64,000 nt of DNA. Source: Candidatus Eiseniibacteriota bacterium (GTDB taxonomy: Bacteria > Eisenbacteria > RBG-16-71-46). Below are positions 48,614-58,915 of the stretch, in pieces (position 1 is the first letter of the stretch; the number at the start of each line of letters is the position of its first letter). The stretch covers positions 96,001-160,000 of the forward strand of contig JBGAML010000005.1 of NCBI GenBank assembly GCA_044223005.1, read 5' to 3'. Below the pieces are notes generated by a model that was not told where the DNA came from, did not search any database, and saw only the letters and a list, made by a program, of their open reading frames with translations. Made by a program: the position numbers and the translations under genes.

Positions 48614-50803
48614 ATGCGCACGTCTCGCTCCGTTTCGCTGCTCGGCTTGTGGCTCACGGCTTCACTGCACGCGGCCTCCGCCGACGCCCAGGTGGTTCAG
48701 CAGGGTGGAGCGTTCGTGCCGCTTGCCGTGACGGGTTCCGGCATCGGCAGCGCGGTCGCGCTCTCGGCCGATGGCAACTCGCTCGTGATCGGGGCCCCGA
48801 CCTATTCGGCGAGCAATGGTCGCGTCTACGCCTACGGACGACGCGGCGGAGCATGGGCGTACCAGGATCTCTTCCTCGGCTCGGGCGCGGTCGGTGCGGC
48901 CGCGCAGGGTTCGGCCGTGGCGCTCTCGGCCGACGGCGCCACGGTCGCGGTCGGCGGACCGACGGACAGCAGCTCTGCGGGCGCGGTCTGGATCCTCACC
49001 CGCTCGGGCGGCAAGTTCGCCCAGCAGGGGCCCAAGCTGCGAGGCAGCGGCGGCAGCGGTGCCAGCCGGCAGGGCTTCAGCGTCGCGCTCTCCGCCGACG
49101 GCAACACGCTCGCGATCGGCGCACCGTACGACGCCGGGAACGTCGGCGCGGTCTGGGTGTTCGTCCGCAGCGGCAACAGCTGGACGCAGCAGGGATCCCG
49201 GCTCACCGCGACGGGCGAGGTGGGAGCGGGCGACCTCGGCTACTCGGTCGCACTCTCGGCCGACGGCAACACGCTGCTGGCCGGGGCGCCGACCGATGCC
49301 GCCGGCACGGGAGCGGCGTTCGTCTTCACGCGCAGCGGCAGCACCTGGACGCAGCAGGGCGCGAAGTTGGTCGGCACGGGACTCACCGCGGCGCCGCAGC
49401 GCGGCATCTCCGTGGCGCTCTCGGGCGATGGCCAGACCGCAGCCCTCGGCGCGAACTTCGACAACAGCGGCATCGGCGCCACGCTCGTCTTCACTCGCAG
49501 TGGCAACGCGTGGAGCCAGCAGGGCTCGCGACTCGTGGGAGCGGACGCGGTGGGTGGCAACGTCTGGCAGGGCATCTCGACCGCGCTTTCGGCCGACGGC
49601 AACACCTTGATCGTGGGTGGCCAGAACGACGACTCCTTCACGGGCGCCGCATGGGTCTTCACCCGCGTCGCGGGCACGTGGAGCCAGCTCGGCAGCAAGC
49701 TCGTCGGTTCGGGGAGTCCGATCGCGTCGCAGAATGGCATCTCCGTCGCGATCTCGTCGGACGGCCGCACGCTGGCCGAGGGCGCGTCATTCGCGAGCGC
49801 GACCGGCGCCGCATTCGTGTTCGTGCGCCCCGCACCCGCCATCGTGTCGGTCTCGGACGTGCCGCTCGACCAGGGCGGGCACGTGAGCATTCGCTGGACG
49901 GCCAGCGTGCTCGATGCGACGCCTTCGGACTCGGTCGACGCGTACGGCATCTGGCGCCAGCTGCCCGCGACGCTCGCCGCGCAGCGCCAGGCGACGGGAT
50001 CCCGAGTTCGCTCGACGGTGCAGGGCGCGCAGACCTACTTCTGGGAGTATCTCGGCAGCCAGCCCGCGCATGGCTTCGCGGCCTACAGCTACACGGCGCC
50101 GACGGCGTTCGATTCCACCGCGGCGGGCAACCCGCGCACGCTCTTCATGGTCGAGACGCAGCTGGACGCGCTCGGGCTCTACTTCCCGTCGGCGCCGGAT
50201 TCGGGCTACTCGGTCGACAACTTGCCGCCCGCCACGCCCGCGCCCGCCACGGGCGCCTACGCCGCGGGCGCCACGCAGCTCCTCTGGAGTCCGAACGGCG
50301 AATCCGATCTCGCGGGCTATCGCGTCTATCGCGGCGGTTCGCCGGCGTTCACGATCGGGCCGGCGACGCTCGTCGCGCAGGTCGGGACGGCCACGACCAG
50401 CTACCACGACGCACCGGGCACGGTCGCGATCTACAAGCTGACGGCGCTCGATGCGCACGGCAACGAATCGGCCGCGGCGACGATCGTCCCCGCGGGCACG
50501 GCCGGCGTCGAGCCCCGCGTGCCCGCAGCGCTGGCGCTCGCGGCGCCGACACCAAACCCGGCCTCGCGAGGCGCGCGCATCGAGTTCGCGCTCCCGCACG
50601 CGGGACGGATCACGCTCGCCATCTACGACACGGACGGACGGCGCGTGCGCACGCTCGCCGACGGCGAGCGCGCCGCGGGCCCCGGCGTCGCCGAGTGGGA
50701 CCTGCGCGACGACGCGGGCCGTCGCGTGGCGCCGGCGGTCTACTTCGTGCGGCTCGCGGCCGAGGGCCGCGTGTCGACGCGCCGGCTGGTGACACTGGAG
50801 TAA
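48614..50803 (+). CDS. Exported FG-GAP-like propeller protein with FN3-like module and FlgD-like C-terminal domain
   Basis: Seven G.SVALSADGNT...GAP repeats; tail PNPA...IYDTDGRRVRTL...WDLRD...VYFVRL. Confidence 0.85.
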   Translation: MRTSRSVSLLGLWLTASLHAASADAQVVQQGGAFVPLAVTGSGIGSAVALSADGNSLVIGAPTYSASNGRVYAYGRRGGAWAYQDLFLGSGAVGAAAQGSAVALSADGATVAVGGPTDSSSAGAVWILTRSGGKFAQQGPKLRGSGGSGASRQGFSVALSADGNTLAIGAPYDAGNVGAVWVFVRSGNSWTQQGSRLTATGEVGAGDLGYSVALSADGNTLLAGAPTDAAGTGAAFVFTRSGSTWTQQGAKLVGTGLTAAPQRGISVALSGDGQTAALGANFDNSGIGATLVFTRSGNAWSQQGSRLVGADAVGGNVWQGISTALSADGNTLIVGGQNDDSFTGAAWVFTRVAGTWSQLGSKLVGSGSPIASQNGISVAISSDGRTLAEGASFASATGAAFVFVRPAPAIVSVSDVPLDQGGHVSIRWTASVLDATPSDSVDAYGIWRQLPATLAAQRQATGSRVRSTVQGAQTYFWEYLGSQPAHGFAAYSYTAPTAFDSTAAGNPRTLFMVETQLDALGLYFPSAPDSGYSVDNLPPATPAPATGAYAAGATQLLWSPNGESDLAGYRVYRGGSPAFTIGPATLVAQVGTATTSYHDAPGTVAIYKLTALDAHGNESAAATIVPAGTAGVEPRVPAALALAAPTPNPASRGARIEFALPHAGRITLAIYDTDGRRVRTLADGERAAGPGVAEWDLRDDAGRRVAPAVYFVRLAAEGRVSTRRLVTLE

Positions 50804-50853
50804 CCGAGAAGGCCGCGCTGCTGCACACCTGGCCGCCGCAAGAGGACGAGTCG

Positions 50854-51198
50854 ATGAGCGACGCTGCGAAGGCGCCGGAGACGCAGGGCATCACGGTGGA
50901 GTTGCTGGGCACGGTCGACCTGGGTCCCGAGATCGAAGGGATGGCGGGCCGCGAACTGCGGATGCGCAAGGTCACGATGGCGCCGGGCGCAGTGTTCGGC
51001 CCGCTGCACGATCACAGGGACCGACCCGGCATCGTCTTCATCCTGCAGGGCACGATCACCGATATCCGCGGCGGGGTCGTGACCGAGTATGGTCCGGGCC
51101 TGGGCTGGCCGGAGGACCACCAGACGCTCCACTGGCTCGAGAACCGCGGCACGATGCCGGCAGTCGAGATCTCGGTCGACATCGTCCGCAAACGCTGA
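50854..51198 (+). CDS. Cupin-domain protein
   Basis: LHDH..RPGIVFILQG, H.LENRG. Confidence 0.8.
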   Translation: MSDAAKAPETQGITVELLGTVDLGPEIEGMAGRELRMRKVTMAPGAVFGPLHDHRDRPGIVFILQGTITDIRGGVVTEYGPGLGWPEDHQTLHWLENRGTMPAVEISVDIVRKR

Positions 51199-51218
51199 CG
51201 CGCCGGGCGCCGGCGTGA

Positions 51219-52130
51219 CTAGGGCGCCTCATCCCGCCGCAGCCGCCCCGACACGCGCTCGCCCTCGCGCTCGATCAGCTCGTCGGTGACGCGGGCGTAG
51301 CGCATCGTGGTCGCGAGGTCGCGGTGCCCGAGCACCTGCTGCAGCACGGCGAGGTTGCCGCCCGCGGCGAGCCAGCGCATCGCGAACGTGTGCCGGCAGC
51401 GGTGGACGTGGAAGTCGGCGATGCCGGTGTGGTGCCGGATCATGCGCGAGAACGATCCGGGACTGCCGGCGGCGTAGGGGACCAGCCGGTGGCCCATGCG
51501 CTCGATCTCGGCGCGCAACTCGGGCGCGAGCGGCACGCGTCGCAGCCGCCCGGACTTGGTGTGCGCCACCTCGAGCAAGCTGCCGCGGACGTCGACGCGC
51601 GTGGCGCGACAGGCTTCCGCCCAGCGCAGCCCGGTGCCGATCAGCAGCCGCAGCACGAACCCGGGCAGGCCGGGCAGGGAAGTCAGGCGAGCCACCTCCA
51701 GTTCGCCCAGGCCCCGCGGCGCGATCTCCGGGATCCGCGGCATCACGCGCGGCGGAAACGGCGAGCGCTCGAGCAGGCCCTCGCTCACGGCCCAGCGCAG
51801 AAGGCAGCGCAGGTCGCTCAGCACGTGCGTCGCGGTGTGCGGGCTCAGCTGCCACTCGTGCTCGAGCGCGAGGCGGAGTTCGCGGATCCCGTCGCCGCTG
51901 ATCGTGCCGATCGGCACGTCGCCGAAGTGGACGAGCGTGTAACGGATCAGCCGTGTGCACGCGAGCCGCTGCCCCTTGGCGTTGCGCGTGGTCGCAACGT
52001 AACTCGCGAGCCAGCGCCGGGCGGCGTCGACGAGCGACATCGCGCCGGGCGGCGGGGCGCCGGGCGGGATCGGCGCGGGCGCAGGCTCGAGCGGCCGCCG
52101 GACCGGAAGTCGGCGGTGACGGTGACGCAT
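51219..52130 (-). CDS. Tyrosine recombinase, close homologue of the element integrase but lacking the arm-binding domain
   Basis: GGAGG RBS; GLRWAE, TKS, HRCRH, LGH, TTMRY. Confidence 0.9.
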   Translation of the reverse strand: MRHRHRRLPVRRPLEPAPAPIPPGAPPPGAMSLVDAARRWLASYVATTRNAKGQRLACTRLIRYTLVHFGDVPIGTISGDGIRELRLALEHEWQLSPHTATHVLSDLRCLLRWAVSEGLLERSPFPPRVMPRIPEIAPRGLGELEVARLTSLPGLPGFVLRLLIGTGLRWAEACRATRVDVRGSLLEVAHTKSGRLRRVPLAPELRAEIERMGHRLVPYAAGSPGSFSRMIRHHTGIADFHVHRCRHTFAMRWLAAGGNLAVLQQVLGHRDLATTMRYARVTDELIEREGERVSGRLRRDEAP

Positions 52131-52355
52131 GCGGACACCTCCGGAAACGTCGTGGGCGGGGCGCGTGGAGTTCGGGGCTGTCGCGGCGCACGGAGTGCGG
52201 GACGAGTTCTCCGCACCTGCAATCGCCGCGCCGGACGCCGACCGGCGCCCGCCGATCCACCCTGCACCCCGGGCGAGCCGCGTGCGATCATGCGGCGCCG
52301 CGATCGCCGAGGCGTCGGGCGCGTTCCCACCCCCATCCTCAGGAGCGACATCACC

Positions 52356-52730
52356 ATGGCCGACGACGAGAAGCTGGTCCTCAGGATCCGCACGCTGACC
52401 GCGGACGAGCGCGGCGTGACCGAGAAGCGCATGTTCGGCGGGACGGCGTTCCTGCTGGACGGCAAGATGTTCGTGGGCACCGCGCGCGGCGAACTGCTCG
52501 TGCGCGTGGGACCCGAGGCGCACGAGGCCGCGCTCGCCGAACCGGGCGTGCGCGTCATGGACTTCACGGGCAAGCCGATGAAGGGCTACGTGTTCGTCTC
52601 GCCCAAGGTGCTCGGCACGGCCGCGGCGCTCCGCAAATGGATCCGCCGCGCGCTCACGTTCGTCGCCACGGTCGAGAAGACGCCCCGCAAGCGGGCGGCG
52701 AAGAAGCGGCCGGCGCGCCGGCCCGCTTGA
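52356..52730 (+). CDS. TfoX N-terminal-domain protein
   Basis: EKRMFGG, GKMFVG, LLVRV, MKGYVFV. Confidence 0.85.
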   Translation: MADDEKLVLRIRTLTADERGVTEKRMFGGTAFLLDGKMFVGTARGELLVRVGPEAHEAALAEPGVRVMDFTGKPMKGYVFVSPKVLGTAAALRKWIRRALTFVATVEKTPRKRAAKKRPARRPA

Positions 52731-53022
52731 CCGCACCGGCGCTTCACTCCGGCGGGAGAATCGGGACGGCGAAGCCCGCCGGAACCGGGAGAGAGGACCA
52801 CTCCGAGATGGCGGCCCCCGTCGCCGAGGAGTAGCGTCGCCGTCGCGGAGAAGCACACGTCTTCTCCCCGCCACGACATTCGCGCCGCGACACCCGGGTG
52901 AACTCGCCCCGCGGGCGCGCCATCGGGTGGCGGCGATCGAGCCGCCATGCGGAGTCCCGGGCGCAGGCGACATGCCGGCGGTCCACCGTCGGGTGCGGCC
53001 GCCGTGCGTGGAGTCAACGGCC

Positions 53023-54552
53023 ATGCGCGTCCCCTTCACTCGCGCCGGCGTCGCGTTGCTCCTGGTGCTCACGTGCGCGCCCCCCGCTCACGCCGTGTTC
53101 GACCTCGGGTTCGGCACACCGGCACCGAGCCTCTCACCCGCGGCGCTCTACCCGACCGATTCACTGTCCGCCACCGTCACCGCGTACAACAGCGGACCCT
53201 CGGCGATCACCACCAGCTTCCGGATCGGGCTCTACCTGGAGCGCGGCACCACCGCCACGTTGATCGGCGAGCGTGTCGTCACCGCGAGCACGCTCGCCCC
53301 GTTCGCGAGCCACACGTCGCGGACGGTCACCGTGACGGGCATGATCCCGTACGGTGCGATCGCCGGCACCGCCGACGTCGGCGTCGTGCTCGACAACCAC
53401 GACGTACTCGCCGAGATCGACGAGACGAACAATCTCTGGCTCTCGACCGTGATCATCCTGACGGGCGCCGACCTGCGCATCACCACGCCGCCGACGGTGC
53501 TCTCCAGTTCGACGACGAGCACGGGGCAGCAGGTGCAGCTGTCGAGTTTCACCATCACCAACGTCGGCAGCGCGAGCACGGCCGCGACGATCACCGGCTT
53601 CTGCTTCACGGCCTGCATCGGGAGCCCGTGCATGATGCCGCTGCCGACGCAGTGGGACGGCATTCCCGCGCTGGCCCGGGGCGCGAGCTACGTGCATCCG
53701 GCGGTGTCGGTCGCGATTCCGCGCGACGAGGACATGCTGGGGCTCTGGCGGATGTGGCTCAATCTCGATCCCATGAACGACGTCGCGGAATACGTCGAGA
53801 ACAACAACCGCTGGGCGGCCGACTTCACCATGGTCCCGACGCTGCTCGACAACCAGGACGGCACCATCACCGACATGAACACGCACCTGATGTGGATGCA
53901 GGACGCCAACCACGCGGGTGCGGCGATGACCTGGGCGCAGGCGGTCGTGTGGGCCGCGAACCTCGTCTACGCGGGCTACGACGACTGGCGGCTGCCCTCG
54001 GGGCGCAATCCCGGCGGCAGCGTGTGCGACTCGCGCATCTCCGGCTACGACTGCCCGAACACGGAGTTCGCCGCGCTCTACTTCGGCTGGGGAATCCACT
54101 GGAACGCGATGGGACCGTTCACGCACGTCCAGTACCGCAACTACTGGACCGCCACGGCGTGGCCGACGGATCCCTCGCACGCGATGGTGCAGGACTTCGA
54201 CGACGGCGGCCAGAACGACCTCGCGGCAGCGTCGACCGCATGGGCGTGGGCCGTACGCCGGACGGGCACGGTCGACGTGGGTCGCGAGCCGCCCACCTGC
54301 TCGCGAATCGTGGGCGTGTTCCCGAACCCGGCGCGGTCGCGGGCCACGATCCGCTTCGAACTGGCCGGCGCGGAAGCGGGCGAGTTGGGCGTCTACGACC
54401 TCGCCGGCCGCTGCGTCCAGCGCGTGCCGCTCGCCGGACTCTCGCCGGGCCCGCACGAGGTGACGTGGACGACCGCCGGACGCTCGCCGGGCCTCTACTG
54501 GTGCCGGCTCGGCGTGGCGACGGCGACGACCCGGATCCTCGTCCTGCGCTGA
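53023..54552 (+). CDS. Exported CARDB x2 + DUF1566 protein with T9SS-like C-terminal domain
   Basis: EIDETNN and EYVENNN; DNQDGTITD..T.LMW, GYDDWRLP, YWT, AWAVR; PNP...PGLYWCRL. Confidence 0.82.
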   Translation: MRVPFTRAGVALLLVLTCAPPAHAVFDLGFGTPAPSLSPAALYPTDSLSATVTAYNSGPSAITTSFRIGLYLERGTTATLIGERVVTASTLAPFASHTSRTVTVTGMIPYGAIAGTADVGVVLDNHDVLAEIDETNNLWLSTVIILTGADLRITTPPTVLSSSTTSTGQQVQLSSFTITNVGSASTAATITGFCFTACIGSPCMMPLPTQWDGIPALARGASYVHPAVSVAIPRDEDMLGLWRMWLNLDPMNDVAEYVENNNRWAADFTMVPTLLDNQDGTITDMNTHLMWMQDANHAGAAMTWAQAVVWAANLVYAGYDDWRLPSGRNPGGSVCDSRISGYDCPNTEFAALYFGWGIHWNAMGPFTHVQYRNYWTATAWPTDPSHAMVQDFDDGGQNDLAAASTAWAWAVRRTGTVDVGREPPTCSRIVGVFPNPARSRATIRFELAGAEAGELGVYDLAGRCVQRVPLAGLSPGPHEVTWTTAGRSPGLYWCRLGVATATTRILVLR

Positions 54553-54685
54553 CGTGCGATGGCCGCACGATCGGGGCGCCGCAGGCCACGCATCGCGTGA
54601 TAGCCTGCGGCGCCCTCGCCGTCCCGGCCAGAGGTTCCGGGAGCGGCAGGAACCGCCCTCGTGATCCTCGCCGTCGGAGTCCCGC

Positions 54686-55663
54686 ATGACCACGCACACG
54701 CTCACACCGACGCTCGCCACGCTGCACGGGCACTTCTCGCGCGAACTGCCGCCGGTGCTCCGGATCGCGGCGGGCGATCGGGTGCGCTTCCAGACGCTCG
54801 CGGTCAGCTGGGGCACGTACGACACGCCGGATCCGTTCGCGAAGACGCCCGAGTTCCCGGGGCGCGACCGCGACCGCGATCCGGGTCACGCGCTGGTCGG
54901 CCCGGTGTGGATCGACGGGGCGAAGCCGGGCATGACGCTCGATGTGCGCATCCTCACCGTGCGCACGGGACGCTGGGGCTTCGTCGTGGGCGGCGGCGGC
55001 CGGACGCGCGAGTGGGACCAGCGCGTCGGCATCGCCGAGGAGCCGGGCGTCGCGATGCACTTCGCGCTCGATCCGGACGCGAACACCGCGCGCGATGCGA
55101 CCGGGCTCGTGCTGCCGCTGCGGCCGTTCCCGGGCGTGCTCGGTATGCCGCCCGACCTGCCGGGGAGGCACCCGACGACTCCGCCGCGGCCGTGCGGCGG
55201 CAACATCGACTGCCGCGAACTGGTCGCGGGCAGCCGGCTCTTCCTCCCGGTCAGCGTCGAGGGCGCGCTGTTTTCCACGGGGGATGGCCACGCCCTGCAG
55301 GGGGATGGCGAAGTCGCGGGCCCGGCGCTCGAGTGCCCGATGGAGTGCATCGAGCTCGAGTTCCACCTTCACGAAACCCCGCAACTCGCTTGGCCACGGG
55401 CGGAAACGCCGGCGGGCTGGATCACGATGGGGTTCGCGGACGACCTCGAGGAGGCGACCCGGATCGCGCTCTCGGAGATGCTCGACTTCCTCGCCGCTGA
55501 ACTGGGGACGAGCCGCTCGGCGGCGATGGCCTACGCCTCGATGCTCGTGAGCCTGCGCGTGACGCAGATCGTCAACGGCGTCCGCGGCGTGCACGCGCTG
55601 ATCACGCACGCGTCGCTCGCCGCGCTCGAGCGACGCGGAACCCCGCCGCCGTCGCGGGGGTAG
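54686..55663 (+). CDS. Acetamidase/formamidase-family protein
   Basis: GHALVGPV...GAKPG, GGNID, GDGHALQGDGE. Confidence 0.88.
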   Translation: MTTHTLTPTLATLHGHFSRELPPVLRIAAGDRVRFQTLAVSWGTYDTPDPFAKTPEFPGRDRDRDPGHALVGPVWIDGAKPGMTLDVRILTVRTGRWGFVVGGGGRTREWDQRVGIAEEPGVAMHFALDPDANTARDATGLVLPLRPFPGVLGMPPDLPGRHPTTPPRPCGGNIDCRELVAGSRLFLPVSVEGALFSTGDGHALQGDGEVAGPALECPMECIELEFHLHETPQLAWPRAETPAGWITMGFADDLEEATRIALSEMLDFLAAELGTSRSAAMAYASMLVSLRVTQIVNGVRGVHALITHASLAALERRGTPPPSRG

Positions 55664-55671
55664 TGCGGCGC

Positions 55672-56424
55672 ATGCGTCCGGTGCCGCCCCGCATGCTGCG
55701 CGCGCTCGTGGCCGCGAGCGCGCTGTTCGCCGTGCTCGCGGGCTCCCGCGACGCGGGTGCGGTGGACCTGCGGCCCGTGCGGGTGCGCGCCGACAGCGCC
55801 GCAGCCGCGAGCCGCGACTCGCTGCGCCGCGTGCCGGTGCCAGGGTGGACGTTCACCTGGTTCGACTCGGTCACGTTCGAGGCCTCGAGCGAGACGGGCT
55901 ACGAACCCAAGCCGCTCGGGCCCGAGATGATGCCCGAAGACTGGGAGCCCGCGAGCCGCGCGCTCGAGCGCTTCGTGTTCGGCCACCCGGAGGTCTTCCG
56001 GCTCGATCGGCGCGCGGACGCGTTCGCGATCGAGCGCACGTACCGCGCCGCGGGCGGCGACCTGCTCTTCCAGGCGCACCACGTGCACCAGCAACTGCAC
56101 GTGGACGAACCGCCGCTGGTGGGGGCGATCGACGACGGCGACACGCTCATCTACCTGCGCGGCGCGCTGATCCCCGGCCTGCGCGTGGCCCGCGTGCCGG
56201 GCGACGGCTTCGCGGCGGCCGATGTCGCCGAGGCGGCACACCCGGGGTGCGTCCGCGGCGCGTTCCGCCTGCTTGGCCAGTACGCGACGCGGCGGGACGG
56301 CGGCGATCACGCGGTCTGGCGCGTCGACGTCTACCTCGGCGGCTTCGAGGGCGTCTACGTGGACGTCGATGCGCGCACGCTCGCGATCGTGAGCGAGCAG
56401 CCGCACGTGACCGAGGAACGCTGA
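55672..56424 (+). CDS. Exported hypothetical protein (possible PepSY-like C-terminus)
   Basis: Signal peptide; VWRV...VDVDARTLAIV. Confidence 0.6.
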   Translation: MRPVPPRMLRALVAASALFAVLAGSRDAGAVDLRPVRVRADSAAAASRDSLRRVPVPGWTFTWFDSVTFEASSETGYEPKPLGPEMMPEDWEPASRALERFVFGHPEVFRLDRRADAFAIERTYRAAGGDLLFQAHHVHQQLHVDEPPLVGAIDDGDTLIYLRGALIPGLRVARVPGDGFAAADVAEAAHPGCVRGAFRLLGQYATRRDGGDHAVWRVDVYLGGFEGVYVDVDARTLAIVSEQPHVTEER

Positions 56425-56552
56425 GCCGCGAGGGCACGCACGGGGATGCTATGCTGCGCGCGCTCCCCCCGAGACGTCCGAACCCGGCCCCACCCGCAGG
56501 TGGCGATTCCGCGGCCGGTGACCCGCCCCACACTTCCTTCGGAGGCAGCCCC

Positions 56553-57236
56553 ATGTCGCACCCGATTCGCCGTTCCCTGCGCACCGCCGTGACCGCGCTC
56601 GTCGTCCTCGCGAGTCTCTCCGGCTGCGCCGCGATGAACGCCAAGACCAAGGGCGCGCTGATCGGCGCGACCGCCGGCGCGGGCGCCGGCGCCGTGATCG
56701 GCAACCAGACGGGCTCGACCACGCGCGGCGCGATCATCGGCGCCGTGGTCGGTGGCGCCGCGGGCGCCATCATCGGCCACCAGATGGACCAGCAGGCCAA
56801 GGAACTCGAGCAGAACATCCCCGGCGCGCGCGTCCAGCGCGTGGGCGAGGGGATCGCGGTGATGTTCGATTCGGGCCTGCTGTTCGACGTCAACTCCGAC
56901 GTCATCAAGGGCGATGCGAAGTCGAACCTCGATGCGCTCGCCGCGAGCCTCGCCAAGTACCCGAACTCCGACCTGATGATCGTCGGCCACACGGACTCGA
57001 CGGGCACCGACGCGTACAACCTCAAGCTCTCCAAGCGCCGCGCGGCGGCCGCGAGCGACTACCTGCGCCTGCACGGCGTGAACCGCGGCATCAAGGCGCT
57101 GGGACGCGGCGAGACCGAGCCGATCGCGGACAACGCCACGGACGACGGCCGGCAGCAGAACCGCCGCGTCGAGGTCGCGATCTACGCGAGCGACAAGATG
57201 CGCGCGCTGGCCGAGAAGGAAGCCGCGGCCAACTAG
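56553..57236 (+). CDS. OmpA-family lipoprotein with glycine zipper
   Basis: LSGC lipobox, GHTDSTG...YN..LS.RRA, NRRVE. Confidence 0.92.
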   Translation: MSHPIRRSLRTAVTALVVLASLSGCAAMNAKTKGALIGATAGAGAGAVIGNQTGSTTRGAIIGAVVGGAAGAIIGHQMDQQAKELEQNIPGARVQRVGEGIAVMFDSGLLFDVNSDVIKGDAKSNLDALAASLAKYPNSDLMIVGHTDSTGTDAYNLKLSKRRAAAASDYLRLHGVNRGIKALGRGETEPIADNATDDGRQQNRRVEVAIYASDKMRALAEKEAAAN

Positions 57237-57258
57237 GTTCTGTCCGAAAATGCCGCGG

Positions 57259-57280
57259 GGCGGCGGCGCGAGCCGCCGCC
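57259..57280. terminator. Hairpin between convergent genes
   Basis: GGCGGCGGC-GCGA-GCCGCCGCC. Confidence 0.55.
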
Positions 57281-57284
57281 TCGT

Positions 57285-58775
57285 TCATTTGGCCGGCGCG
57301 CCCTGCGCCAGCGTCCACGCGGTTCGGAACGCCGTGCGCGCGGTCGCCTCGAAAAGCTCCGGGTTCAGCGTCTCGGGCGTGTCACTCGGCAGGTGCAGGT
57401 GCGTGTAGCTGAAGTGCGAGGCGAAGTAGGTCGTGGGGATGCCCGCCAGGTGAAACGACTCCGCGTCGGCGCCGCCACCCGGGCCCGAGGCCTGGATCAG
57501 CCGGCGGGATTCGCGGGCGTCCGCCGCCTGAACGATCTGCCAGAGCGCACCGTACGTACGGCCCCCGTGTGCCTCGATCGAATCGCCCACGGCGACGCAG
57601 TCGAGGTTCACGTAGGCGACGAGGCTCGCGCGCGGCACGGGCGGGTGTGCGACGAAATACTTCGAGCCGTGCAGCCCGGCTTCCTCCGAGGTGAAGAAGG
57701 CGAAGATCACCGTGCGCTTCGGCGCCGCCCCGGCACGCGTGAAGGCGCGCGCGACCTCGAGCAGCGCGGCCGACCCGGACGCGTTGTCGTTGGCGCCGCG
57801 GAACATGAGCTTGCCCTGCGTGCCGACGTGGTCCAGGTGCGCGCCGATCACGACGCACTCGCCGCGCAGGGCCGGGTCACTGCCGGGGATCCGGCCAATC
57901 ACGTTGAGCGAGCCGTGGTGGCCGTCGTAGGTAGCGCGTACGTCCATGCCGACGCGCGAGGCGAGCGCGCGCGAGGCGGGCGCGTGCGTCGAGTCGATCA
58001 CCGCCTGCAGCGCCGGCAGCGTGGCCCCGCTACCGGCGAGCAGCGCCTCGGCGACCGGGACATCGACTTGCATCGCGGGGAACGTCGTGTCCTCGGGCCC
58101 CGGACCTTCGAGCATGCTGCCGATCGGGCGCTGCGGATGCGGCTGCCGCGGCGAGGGCACCATGAGCAGTCCGATGGCGCCATGCGCGGCGGCGTCGCGA
58201 ATGCGCGGACGCGTGAGCGTGCGATCGCCCCAGCCGCTCGTGTCGGCGCGGAACGGCGGCGCATCCTTGATCACGAGCACCACCTTGCCGCGCGCGTCGA
58301 TCCCGGCGTAGTCGTCGTAGCCGCGCTCGGGCGCGCTGATCCCGTAGCCCGCGAAGACGACCGGCGCTTCGAGCGTGGCCGAACCGGTGAGCCCGCGGCA
58401 CGTGTAATCGGGACCCAGCCGCAGTGCGCGGCGCAGCCCGTCCGAACCGGTCATCGACAGCACGCAGCGTGCGATCGGGTTGTACTCGACCTCGACGTGC
58501 TGGAAGTACCCGTCCTCGCCGGCGGGCGCGAGCCCCGCGGCCGCGAGCTGGCGCGCCATCTCCTGCGCCGCGGCGACGTACCCGGGCGAGCCAGCGAGCC
58601 GGCCGCCCCGCGCCGGATCCGCGAGCCAGCGGTCCGTGCGCATCAGCGCCTCGCGCGTGATCGACGCGGCGCCGCGTGCTTCGGGTTCGTCGTTCGCGAC
58701 CGTGGCGGCGCGTGCGCCGAGCAGCGGGAGGGACGTGAGGAACAAGGCGGCGGTGACGGCGACCAGTCGGCGCAT
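57285..58775 (-). CDS. M28 peptidase with PA domain
   Basis: GAHLDHVG, GANDNASG, SEEAGLHGS, NLD; VFAGYGI...DDY PA domain. Confidence 0.88.
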   Translation of the reverse strand: MRRLVAVTAALFLTSLPLLGARAATVANDEPEARGAASITREALMRTDRWLADPARGGRLAGSPGYVAAAQEMARQLAAAGLAPAGEDGYFQHVEVEYNPIARCVLSMTGSDGLRRALRLGPDYTCRGLTGSATLEAPVVFAGYGISAPERGYDDYAGIDARGKVVLVIKDAPPFRADTSGWGDRTLTRPRIRDAAAHGAIGLLMVPSPRQPHPQRPIGSMLEGPGPEDTTFPAMQVDVPVAEALLAGSGATLPALQAVIDSTHAPASRALASRVGMDVRATYDGHHGSLNVIGRIPGSDPALRGECVVIGAHLDHVGTQGKLMFRGANDNASGSAALLEVARAFTRAGAAPKRTVIFAFFTSEEAGLHGSKYFVAHPPVPRASLVAYVNLDCVAVGDSIEAHGGRTYGALWQIVQAADARESRRLIQASGPGGGADAESFHLAGIPTTYFASHFSYTHLHLPSDTPETLNPELFEATARTAFRTAWTLAQGAPAK

Positions 58776-58915
58776 GCGGACCTCGTGGGAGAACGTGTGG
58801 GCGACATCGCAGCATAGGCCCGCCAGACCCGGCGCGCACGTGCGGCGATGCAACCTTCTCGCGCGTGCGTCCGTCCTAGGGATGGCCGATACGTCCCATG
58901 CTCCCGGAGGAACCG

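Noticed and set aside
38400..54270. FGE and DUF1566 C-lectin-fold domains as possible diversity-generating retroelement targets
   Set aside because: No reverse transcriptase and no template/variable repeat pair seen in the window.
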